64,000 nucleotides of DNA from a virus (taxonomy: Duplodnaviria; Caudoviricetes), in IMG/VR virus record IMGVR_UViG_3300024270_000002; one strand, 5' to 3'. The position numbers were made by a program, and so were the translations under genes. This document shows positions 27,224 through 35,966 of this stretch, one piece after another. The notes under the pieces are model-generated. The model was not told where the DNA came from. It did no database searches and was given only the letters and a program-made list of their open reading frames with translations. The first letter of the stretch is position 1. Each line of letters starts with the position of its first letter.

Positions 27224-28651
27224 ATGAAAATAAAGAAACAACTTATTACTGAAAGTAATCTCACAAAAGAAATTAAACAGCTTGAAGAGGCTGCTGATGA
27301 AACTGAAGCTGCTGCAGAAGAAATTCCAGAAGAAGATCTGATCGTTGATGATGTATTAAGTGCGTCTACGGCAGAAATTGCTGACGCTGTACAAGCAGCT
27401 GCGGAGGAAGCTTCTGATGGAAAAGAAACATATTCTGATAAAAACGCAGAAGCTATCGCAAACGAGCTTAAAACTTATGCAAGTGGTTTTGATGCTGCAG
27501 CTTGGGCGCCTCTCGACGTACCAAGTGAGCTTACTGACAAGCTAGATGACTGCCTTGCTAATGCTCTAGTAGCTCAGGCCTCAGGAACTAGGGATGGCGT
27601 AGACCTTCTTGTATGCGGACTTCCAGGTTCTGGTAAAACAGGTATTACTAAACAGTGGGCAGAAGATAGGGGCGTTAAGTTATTCTATTTAAATGCTAAG
27701 AATGACGACCTTGGCGCTATCCTTAATGGTTTCCCTGTTGATACAACAGAAGAAGATGAAGAAGGCAATAAGGTACATAAAGTAATAAGATCTTACTCTA
27801 ATGCGCTAGACCCTTTAAAACAGCCTAGGTCTGTTCTGTTTCTAGACGAATTTAATAGAGCAGCACCAAAGCTACGTGCGACTTTATTAACACTTATTAA
27901 CGAACACGAAATTGAAGGTCCTGGTAAAAAAGGAATATATCGTTTTGACAACTTACTTTTCACCATAGCTTGTATTAACCCTTCCGTACCTACTGACCCA
28001 GGTGCTATGGATCTAAATGATGCAGAAATGTCTCGTTTCGTTGATAAGCTAGACTGGGATTCAAAAGTTGATGATGCACTAAGGTATCTCGAATTCCATA
28101 TAAAAAAGATACTTGCTAGACACGATTCAAGCGATGCTAACTATGCATTCTTCTATGTACGTTATAATAAAATTCTAAATCTTGCCCGTGCACTTTTAAC
28201 TGACTATCGTTTTGAGTTTGACTCTCGTGATGACTTGCTAGATCTGTTTAATGATAAAGCAACAATGCTTAACCAGCGTGCTATTACTGACGCGCTCATG
28301 TCTCACGGTTATGATAAACAAAAATTCCTTAATTGGGTTGACAAGTACTCCAAGTTCCTAGAAAAAAACAAACAGATGATTCACGAGATACTTGATACTT
28401 GGGTTGAATTAGACGTAAAAGCGCCTACAGCTGGTGGAAATACAGCTACGGATACAGAAGAGCCTGAAAGCGCTTCTACTGGACAGGCGGCGGCTACAGA
28501 TGAAACTGATTTTGATAGTGTATTTGGTTCTGACGGAGAAGAAACTGACTCCGACCTATTTGGCACATCAACGTCAGCTGCAGGAAGTGCCGCAAAAGTA
28601 AGTGCGGCCGACGCCTTAGCTCGTATTAAAGGTTTTGACTTCAGTCTTTAA
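27224..28651 (+). CDS. MoxR/dynein-related AAA+ ATPase
   Basis: GLPGSGKT, LFLDEFNRA, ACINP, SRF; acidic termini. Confidence 0.85.
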   Translation: MKIKKQLITESNLTKEIKQLEEAADETEAAAEEIPEEDLIVDDVLSASTAEIADAVQAAAEEASDGKETYSDKNAEAIANELKTYASGFDAAAWAPLDVPSELTDKLDDCLANALVAQASGTRDGVDLLVCGLPGSGKTGITKQWAEDRGVKLFYLNAKNDDLGAILNGFPVDTTEEDEEGNKVHKVIRSYSNALDPLKQPRSVLFLDEFNRAAPKLRATLLTLINEHEIEGPGKKGIYRFDNLLFTIACINPSVPTDPGAMDLNDAEMSRFVDKLDWDSKVDDALRYLEFHIKKILARHDSSDANYAFFYVRYNKILNLARALLTDYRFEFDSRDDLLDLFNDKATMLNQRAITDALMSHGYDKQKFLNWVDKYSKFLEKNKQMIHEILDTWVELDVKAPTAGGNTATDTEEPESASTGQAAATDETDFDSVFGSDGEETDSDLFGTSTSAAGSAAKVSAADALARIKGFDFSL

Positions 28652-28677
28652 TTTTTAATATAAAGGAGATTTATATT

Positions 28678-29856
28678 ATGCAAATAAATAGAGCATTACT
28701 TGAATCTTCTGATATTACTAGACACTTTATGACCGACAGAGAGCGAAAAGTTAAAAAAGCTCTCTGTCAGCTTTTAATAGACAAAGGTCATAGAAAGTAT
28801 GCAGAACGATTTTGGAAATTAGATTTTAATATTATTGACTCAAAGAAACATCCTGACTTTACTGCTGCGATCTCTTTTGACGAGGCGACAGTATTTATAA
28901 GTGATGGCTTCTTGGGCAGTGGTCAAGGTATATTTAATCAGCTTGATGTGCTATTACGTCATGAAATGGCACACAATCTTATGATGCACCAAATTAGAAT
29001 GATGCATGTATTTAAAAAACTTCACGCACATGACCCAGAAGAAGCATATGAGCACATTAGGTATAGTGCAAGCTTACACAATATTTTAAATATTATCGAA
29101 GATTTTGAAATTTCTAATAAGCGTTATTCTTCTGAAGATAAAAAGATTGTAAGAACAATGCAGTTAAATGGTAGAGTAATCGGCGGGCTCGTAACTGAAG
29201 ACCACCGAGGCTGGGATAAACTACCTTTGGAAGCCATGTATGACGAGCTTTCTAAAGACTTAATTAGAATTAATAGTGAAATTAGAAGTGACCCTTACTG
29301 GCAGCCAAAGTCTAGAATAGAGAATAATCAACGTGTATATGACCCTATTGAAATGACCGGTAGCGGCGCAGTTGAAGAAACTAGAGTTATATCAATATAT
29401 AAAAATGCAATGAGGCCTTCCAGCATTAAAGCACCATTAGACATTTTTATAAAGTCAAAAACTTTTGATAAATGGGCAAAAATATATAAAAAGCTCGTAA
29501 CTACTCTATATGATAGATTAAAAGACCTAACTTCTGATGCTGAAAAAGCACTACTATTAGATATTGTAAATGAGATTTCTGTAACAAGCCCTAATGAAAA
29601 ATTTGATGTGCTACATCCAGTTGACGGCGATGTGGTCTGCATTTTATACACACCTGAGGATAAAATGATTGCAAACGACGTATTAAAAAATCTGGCTGGC
29701 AATATTAATTACGATCCTATGAAGTTTAAGGTAAAGAGAAAGATAAATACTCAGGAGTATAAAGATACTTGGAACAAGGTAGTTGCAGAACTAGACTCTA
29801 AGAAATTTGATAATGAAACCTTGAAGCAACTACGTGATGCTATTGAGTCAATGTAA
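28678..29856 (+). CDS. HExxH metallopeptidase-like protein (MoxR-VWA-associated type)
   Basis: FTAA, LLRHEMAH, NIIEDFEIS. Confidence 0.75.
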   Translation: MQINRALLESSDITRHFMTDRERKVKKALCQLLIDKGHRKYAERFWKLDFNIIDSKKHPDFTAAISFDEATVFISDGFLGSGQGIFNQLDVLLRHEMAHNLMMHQIRMMHVFKKLHAHDPEEAYEHIRYSASLHNILNIIEDFEISNKRYSSEDKKIVRTMQLNGRVIGGLVTEDHRGWDKLPLEAMYDELSKDLIRINSEIRSDPYWQPKSRIENNQRVYDPIEMTGSGAVEETRVISIYKNAMRPSSIKAPLDIFIKSKTFDKWAKIYKKLVTTLYDRLKDLTSDAEKALLLDIVNEISVTSPNEKFDVLHPVDGDVVCILYTPEDKMIANDVLKNLAGNINYDPMKFKVKRKINTQEYKDTWNKVVAELDSKKFDNETLKQLRDAIESM

Positions 29857-29882
29857 GTAATAAGAAAGGCGAGTTAAATTAT

Positions 29883-31739
29883 ATGGAAATTAATGATATA
29901 TTAAGTAAACTTGGTCTTGATTTATCTAATCCAGAAGTGCGAAAAGGCGCAATAGAAGCAATAGATGCAATTCTTACTTCTAGGACACCGGTTACTGCAG
30001 GAGACCTTGGAGGAGGTGGAGGTGGTGAACAGGATGTTGAACTTGACCCAGACCTGCTACAGCCTTCAGTAAAGCAAGCGCCTTCAGATGTTGATGACAG
30101 TGATATAGAAATTGAAGACGAAGAAAAGATTTTAGACCAGATAAAACACAATGATTCGGAAGATCCAATTGAGAATACAAACTCAGATGGAGATAACTCT
30201 GAGTCTGATGATGAATCGGACGACAATAATCAGAGTTCAGATGACACTAGCAGCACAGATGATTCTGACAAAGATGCCAAGCAGCCAGATAAAGATAAAG
30301 CCAGTGACAGCAAGCCCAAGGACTCTGAAGATGAAAATGATGAGCTTAAAAACTCAACAGAAGATGAAGAAGCTACTTCTACAGCTAAAGCATCGGATGA
30401 TGAAGATGAAGCAGATGAGGACGACGATACAGAAGATTTTGATAATGATGATGAAAATGATGAGTCTGATGATACTACCGATGAGGCTGGAAGTGACCAA
30501 GAGAACTTTGAAGACGACGAAGACGGTGATTTCGAAGAAGTAGACACTGGTGATATTAAGTCTGACGATGATGATGAAGATGCTGATAAAGAATTTGACG
30601 ACTTTGAAGACGAAGACGAAGATGAAAACGAAGATGAAGAGGATGAAGAATCTGAAAATGATTTTGAAGACTTTGATTTCGATGAAGATGACTTAATAGA
30701 TGATGAGCTTAAAAACTCAACAGAAGATGAAGAAATAAAAACAAAGCACGATGCTCGTAAAATAAAACGTGAACGCACTCTTGCGGCAGCTAAGGCAGCA
30801 TTAACAACCGCGCAAACAAACAAGGTTGCACCAGCCTTAATACGAGAACTTGAAAAGGCTATTGAGGCGCTTGAGGCACTAACGGAGGCGGTGACTAAAA
30901 GTCTAAAAGATATTTCTGATGAAGAATTTAACCTTTTAGTAAATCGAGTATTTGATGCTATCGATGCATGTGGTGGCGGTGGTCTAACCTTTACGTCTGA
31001 GGAAGAAAGAGAAGCACAAGTAAAAGAAATCAAAGATGACCTATCTAAGGCAGAAACGCAGAATGAACTTTCTGCTGAAGACGTTGCTAAAATACGTGCA
31101 GAAACTCAAGCGGTCAAGGCCAGAGAAAAAGAGGCTGCTAAGTACTCTCCTCGCGGCAGAGATACATTTAAAGGCTTCCAAGAGTTTTTAAGTAGCTTAT
31201 ATAGAGCAATAGCGCTGCAAGTATCTGCAGAAGAAACTCGTGACGACTCCTGGTCTGCTATTAGCCGTAGAAATAGCGGTGCTGGTGTATTACGACAGGG
31301 TCAAAAAGTTAATGAGCTACCAAATAAAAAAATACCGATTATCGATTTCTATTTTGATCAATCAACTTCTTGGAATGCAAATGATATCAAGGTTGGAATG
31401 AAAGCAGTTAGTCAATTAGCGGACATGGAAGAAAAAGGACAAATTAAACTTAACATCTTTTATTTTGCGGATGAAGTGTCAGAAACTCCGATTCGTGGTG
31501 GCACATCTGGCTGGAATGAAATTGTTAAAAATGTTGTTGCTACTCAAGCAACAAATGTTGTTGTTATGACTGACTCTGATATGCAAAATTGGTGGGTTGG
31601 ACCAAAACCATTATCCTACACTGTTCCTGGCTATGTATGGTATCTCTGGAAAGATGGCGAAAATGCACCTAGACTTCCTCGAGACCTTAAGGGACGCGGT
31701 GGTGTGCAGCAATTCTCTTTCAATATCAATGATATCTAA
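29883..31739 (+). CDS. VWA-domain protein with very long acidic linker
   Basis: MIDAS-like FYFDQSTS, GGT, VVMTD; about 230-aa D/E-rich tract. Confidence 0.75.
   Translation: MEINDILSKLGLDLSNPEVRKGAIEAIDAILTSRTPVTAGDLGGGGGGEQDVELDPDLLQPSVKQAPSDVDDSDIEIEDEEKILDQIKHNDSEDPIENTNSDGDNSESDDESDDNNQSSDDTSSTDDSDKDAKQPDKDKASDSKPKDSEDENDELKNSTEDEEATSTAKASDDEDEADEDDDTEDFDNDDENDESDDTTDEAGSDQENFEDDEDGDFEEVDTGDIKSDDDDEDADKEFDDFEDEDEDENEDEEDEESENDFEDFDFDEDDLIDDELKNSTEDEEIKTKHDARKIKRERTLAAAKAALTTAQTNKVAPALIRELEKAIEALEALTEAVTKSLKDISDEEFNLLVNRVFDAIDACGGGGLTFTSEEEREAQVKEIKDDLSKAETQNELSAEDVAKIRAETQAVKAREKEAAKYSPRGRDTFKGFQEFLSSLYRAIALQVSAEETRDDSWSAISRRNSGAGVLRQGQKVNELPNKKIPIIDFYFDQSTSWNANDIKVGMKAVSQLADMEEKGQIKLNIFYFADEVSETPIRGGTSGWNEIVKNVVATQATNVVVMTDSDMQNWWVGPKPLSYTVPGYVWYLWKDGENAPRLPRDLKGRGGVQQFSFNINDI
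30337..30734 (+). repeat. 35-nt perfect direct repeat (30337-30371 and 30700-30734)
   Basis: ATGATGAGCTTAAAAACTCAACAGAAGATGAAGAA twice, 363 nt apart, in frame. Confidence 0.9.
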
Positions 31740-31762
31740 ACAAAGTAATGAAAGGCTATTAA

Positions 31763-32209
31763 ATGAATTACGAATTAAAAGATAAAATAAATGTAACGCA
31801 AGAGTTTGTAAGCGAACTAGAAAAGAAGAGCTGGCAAGAAATTGAACATCTTCAAGCTCAAATAGCTAACTTAGCAGAAGGCCGTGTGAATGATAAATTG
31901 CGGCAGCTTTTCAATAATCTGCTTACTAGCTATTATGTATTTACTGGTGGATTAGAAAACCTCAGTAGTGAAAAAGCATTTGCAAAGGTTTCAAGCTTTG
32001 AAGACAAAGTTTGTGTAGAAAAAGAGCTCATTACTACTAAGCCTGCTCAATCAGAAATAAAAGCCGAACTTTGCACTGATAATGACTTATTAGAGCCGCT
32101 CAGTGTCAAAGAGGCAGAACAAGCAGAAATTGAGCCTTTTGAATATTTTGTAGACTTTGACGAGCCTATAGGTGACCCGATTTCTGACGAAGACCTTTAT
32201 GGTAATTAA
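31763..32209 (+). CDS. Hypothetical protein
   Basis: TGAAAGG RBS; last gene before a terminator. Confidence 0.75.
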   Translation: MNYELKDKINVTQEFVSELEKKSWQEIEHLQAQIANLAEGRVNDKLRQLFNNLLTSYYVFTGGLENLSSEKAFAKVSSFEDKVCVEKELITTKPAQSEIKAELCTDNDLLEPLSVKEAEQAEIEPFEYFVDFDEPIGDPISDEDLYGN

Positions 32210-32214
32210 TTTAA

Positions 32215-32243
32215 AGAAGCACTCTAAAATTTAGGGTGCTTCT
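32215..32243 (+). terminator. Terminator
   Basis: AGAAGCACTCTAA...TTAGGGTGCTTCT. Confidence 0.75.
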
Positions 32244-32261
32244 ACTTTATTTGCTAAATTA

Positions 32262-32320
32262 TATAGCGGCTGCGGCGGCGGACTTAGCCTTTCACCGTTG
32301 TCGTGGTCGCTTTTCTTTTA
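32262..32320 (+). ncRNA. Candidate ~60-nt hairpin small RNA / leader attenuator
   Basis: Directly after late motif 32252; 16-bp stem 32266-32281/32295-32310 with six G.U pairs, 13-nt loop ACUUAGCCUUUCA, then TTTTCTTTT. Confidence 0.6.
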
Positions 32321-32348
32321 AATACTTTTCAGAAGGAGACTACTTCTA

Positions 32349-33098
32349 ATGATTATAAATAAACCGGCTTTAATAGAAGCTAAAAGAAAAAAGCGTAAAA
32401 AGAAGCTACCGTATAGTTCTCTCAGTTATACTACCGGAGATATTGGATTAAATATCGATAGGTTTAATCAAGCGATGGGCACCGACTTTGGCCAAGGTAG
32501 TACCGACAGTGGAGCTAATACAGGAGCTTCTGAAGGTGGAGCCCTCTGTGAAGCTAAGAGATATGTGCGTAGGTATTACATTCGCCCGCAAAACCTATTC
32601 TGTAGTAATAAGGCTGAAATAATTAAAGCTCTTATTGAAATCGGTAACGCAAACTGCTCAGTATATACTCTTAATAACCTTGGAGATGATAAAGATGTTT
32701 CTAAGCTTATGAATAGCGATATCATCTATTACTACGATGATGGAATTCTTTATGACAAAAATAAGGTAAAAGTAATGGACTATGACCTTTCTATTAAAAA
32801 GGAAGAAGATCGTAAACATTTTGCAAATGTAGATAAAGCGTCCGATAAAGAATTTAAGGCAGAGTATGAAGACCGTATGACTGATGCTACAGAACTTGAA
32901 GAAGCTTTTAATTTAGACTTTGACGACTACAATGTTTTCGGTGAAAAATTGACTGAAGCTAAAGAAAATTTTTGCTGCATCTGTGGTGAGCCTATTGAAG
33001 ATTATGGAAATAATCCTGAGCCGTATATGTCGTCTGATAAAGGACGTTGTTGCTCTGGGTGTCATTTAAAATTCGTACTACCTATTTCGGAGGTGTGA
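32349..33098 (+). CDS. Late hypothetical protein with C-terminal CxxC...CxxC Zn finger
   Basis: CCICG...CCSGC; LIEA/LCEA/LEEA/LTEA sites. Confidence 0.65.
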   Translation: MIINKPALIEAKRKKRKKKLPYSSLSYTTGDIGLNIDRFNQAMGTDFGQGSTDSGANTGASEGGALCEAKRYVRRYYIRPQNLFCSNKAEIIKALIEIGNANCSVYTLNNLGDDKDVSKLMNSDIIYYYDDGILYDKNKVKVMDYDLSIKKEEDRKHFANVDKASDKEFKAEYEDRMTDATELEEAFNLDFDDYNVFGEKLTEAKENFCCICGEPIEDYGNNPEPYMSSDKGRCCSGCHLKFVLPISEV

Positions 33099-33099
33099 T

Positions 33100-34563
33100 A
33101 TGGCAACGCCTGTAATAACTGATCCAAGGCAAGTAATGCCGACCGCAGAAGATTTCAAAAGAATACTAAAATCTAAAATACTTTATGAAGCAGCACAAAA
33201 GCTTCCAACTAAAGATTCTTGGAATAAAGCACATTTTAATGATACTCCTTGGGGAATTTCTTATAATGTAAGTATTGGTAAATATAATAAGTCTATGGCT
33301 TCCTATAATAAGGTTAGGAGAAAAGGTGCAGTACCATTACCTAAGCTAGATATCGCCCTAAAATATCTTATAGTGGCCATCGCAATCGATTGGCAGGAGC
33401 TTATTGACCAGCTAAAGCGCGCAGTAAAAAATTGGGGCTACACCACTAATGACTTGAAAAACGTTGCAAAGAACGTATGGAACGCGCCCGGCAATGCAGA
33501 GGAAATTGCAAAAATATGTGGAAGCGTTGTAGTCGACCCGCTAGAAGAACATCTCTCATTAGATCATCTCACGGAAGCTATCGAAAAACACGACTCTTTA
33601 AATAGCAAACTCTTTACAAAAGATGAGGTGCTTAAAGATAAAGTTCGTGATAAGATGCTCGAAATTGTAAATACCTTTTTGGCTGACCTTAAAGAACAAG
33701 ATATCAAAATAAAAGTTGATGATGTTTTATTTATCGGTTCAAATGCTAGCTATAATTATACAAAAGATAGCGATATAGACCTTCATATTGTAGCTAATAC
33801 TAAATCGGTAGATTACCCAGCTGAACTCGGAAATGCTCTTTATAGTGCCTACAGAAGTATCTTTAATAAAAACTTAGATATAACTATCTATGATATTCCT
33901 CTCGAACTTTTTGTTGAAATCGAAGATAGCGCTCGAGTAAGTAACGGCGTTTATTCAGTAAAGAAAAATAAATGGGTCAAGAAGCCTGTTCAAGAAGATA
34001 TTCCTGAGTATGATAAAGAAGCTCTTGACAAACTCGTTGATGAGTGGGAAGAAAAATGCAAAAAGCTTATTGACGACATAAAAGCTGACAAGCTCGACGA
34101 TGAGACAGAAGTAGTTAAGATGCTTGAAGATATCTATGAGAAGCTCCGCAAAAAAGGTGTTGCTAAGGGTGAGTATGCTATTGAAAACTTGGCCTTTAAA
34201 GAACTGCGTAATAAAGGTTACTTAGACCAACTTAAGGATTATAGAAATGAGCTTACTTCCAAGAGACTTTCTCTCGAAGAAAAGCTAGACAGACAAACTC
34301 GTGTCGATATTTATAATCAGCTGACGAGAGCTGCCGGTACTCAGCCTATTATTCAAGATAATGGAATGTTCTTTATATACAACTTAAAATCATCTGATGT
34401 TAATAGAGTACTTAGTATTATTCGAAATCTTCCTTTCGTGGCTGATGCTCAAGCAAACGAAAACGGTAAATATGACTTTTCTAATACCCTTGAGCTCGCT
34501 ATGAACAAGATGCCAACTAAATACTACAATATTCGCGGTATGATTAACTATCAAAATAACTAA
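33100..34563 (+). CDS. Pol-beta-superfamily nucleotidyltransferase domain protein
   Basis: FIGSNASYNYTKDSDIDLHI, ELFVE, GVYS, ENLAFKELR. Confidence 0.8.
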   Translation: MATPVITDPRQVMPTAEDFKRILKSKILYEAAQKLPTKDSWNKAHFNDTPWGISYNVSIGKYNKSMASYNKVRRKGAVPLPKLDIALKYLIVAIAIDWQELIDQLKRAVKNWGYTTNDLKNVAKNVWNAPGNAEEIAKICGSVVVDPLEEHLSLDHLTEAIEKHDSLNSKLFTKDEVLKDKVRDKMLEIVNTFLADLKEQDIKIKVDDVLFIGSNASYNYTKDSDIDLHIVANTKSVDYPAELGNALYSAYRSIFNKNLDITIYDIPLELFVEIEDSARVSNGVYSVKKNKWVKKPVQEDIPEYDKEALDKLVDEWEEKCKKLIDDIKADKLDDETEVVKMLEDIYEKLRKKGVAKGEYAIENLAFKELRNKGYLDQLKDYRNELTSKRLSLEEKLDRQTRVDIYNQLTRAAGTQPIIQDNGMFFIYNLKSSDVNRVLSIIRNLPFVADAQANENGKYDFSNTLELAMNKMPTKYYNIRGMINYQNN

Positions 34564-34590
34564 GGTGTTCTTCTTGAGCACCTTTTCTTT
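34562..34590 (+). terminator. Terminator
   Basis: AAGGTGTTC-TTCTT-GAGCACCTTTTCTTT. Confidence 0.75.
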
Positions 34591-34647
34591 TTGTCCTAAA
34601 ATAATTTGCTAAATTATACAGTAATTCATTTGAAAGGATATAAAGTA

Positions 34648-35610
34648 ATGAAAAGACAAACACTACAAGAGCAATGTCTAACTGAATTACTTAAGCTAGA
34701 CGAGGCTACGCGTACTCAGCTGGTGGCACAGTCTAGAAATGCTGGAGTATATAAAGATCAATCTAGAGGCAAAACGAGATTCGAGCGTAAAAAATATTCC
34801 AAAATTGCTAATCAAGTAAAGAGTTTTAACCAGATTGACATGAATAAGCTCTTTAAACAAGATATTTTATTAGTAAATATTCCGGTAGTCGGAGAAACTG
34901 ATGAGTACACAGTTACAATCAAACTCGAGAGCGTCATAGCTGAGATACAGAAGAATATAAAAAATAACGGTAATAAATTCGAATATCGAACAGTACTTCA
35001 GTCGCTTACCAAGGTATTTAATACTACTGACGTCTATACAAAATGTCAATGCCCTGACTTCAAATATCGCTTCGCGCACTGGAACATTATAAAAAATGTT
35101 TCTGTAGACGACTCTGCTAGCGACCCTGGGCCAGGAAAAGGGATAGCTAACCCTAACGATGATAAAGGAAGAGGCTGTAAACATTTACTTTTAACGCTAG
35201 CCAATGGCGAGTGGATGATGAAGGTAAGTTCAGTAATAGTTAACTACTGTCATTTCCTATCCGAGAAAAAACCAGACGCGTTTTTGAAACTGGTATTCCC
35301 CAAACTCTATGGAGTTCCTGCTGACGAAGCTGACCAAAACGGAATTGTTGAAGATAATGAAGACCTAGAGACTGGTAAAGACTTAATTGATATTATTAAT
35401 GACTGGGCCAAGAAAAGAGGACACTTCAAGAAGGGAAGTAATATTAACCCCGTATATGCAGATAAGCTTTCTAAAGAGCAGGAAAAGAAAGCTAAAGAAG
35501 AACAGGAAAAAACGAAGGCTGAAGAACCTACTGAAGAGAAAGAGACTTCGGAAGAACCTGATACAAATAAAAACGAAACTGAAGAAGAAATGGAGAATCA
35601 AAGATCATGA
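34648..35610 (+). CDS. SWIM-type Zn finger protein
   Basis: CQCPDF...GCKH; ATG 34648 after TGAAAGGA; late motif at 34607. Confidence 0.7.
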   Translation: MKRQTLQEQCLTELLKLDEATRTQLVAQSRNAGVYKDQSRGKTRFERKKYSKIANQVKSFNQIDMNKLFKQDILLVNIPVVGETDEYTVTIKLESVIAEIQKNIKNNGNKFEYRTVLQSLTKVFNTTDVYTKCQCPDFKYRFAHWNIIKNVSVDDSASDPGPGKGIANPNDDKGRGCKHLLLTLANGEWMMKVSSVIVNYCHFLSEKKPDAFLKLVFPKLYGVPADEADQNGIVEDNEDLETGKDLIDIINDWAKKRGHFKKGSNINPVYADKLSKEQEKKAKEEQEKTKAEEPTEEKETSEEPDTNKNETEEEMENQRS

Positions 35611-35930
35611 CAAAGCATTTTTCTGATGCTCTTTTTGAAGGCATCTGGGACTATCAAACCTGGACACGTACTGGCCCTAGAAATAAACCTATTTATACAC
35701 TTACTTATGGACAAAATACTGTTGCTAAGTACGATAAAAATACTTTCGACTTTGCACTCTGTGCGGATTGGGAAAGGCATATTGATAAGCTACTAGAGTG
35801 GCTTAGTCAATACTATCCTGGATTCTTTATTCGCCGTGAGTCTCCCAGCTCAGCGTCATATGAAAGATTTTATCCGACAAGAGAAGAAGCTGTAAAGTAC
35901 ATTAAAAACAAAAATATAAACATTATTTAA
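35607..35930 (+). CDS. Hypothetical protein
   Basis: GGAG RBS, ATGA overlap. Confidence 0.65.
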   Translation: MTKHFSDALFEGIWDYQTWTRTGPRNKPIYTLTYGQNTVAKYDKNTFDFALCADWERHIDKLLEWLSQYYPGFFIRRESPSSASYERFYPTREEAVKYIKNKNINII

Positions 35931-35966
35931 AAACTGTATAATATATAGTAAGGAGATTTCGACTTG

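Noticed and set aside
32262-32320. tRNA gene
   Set aside because: Single hairpin with no cloverleaf, T-loop or CCA; no tRNA recognised anywhere in the window
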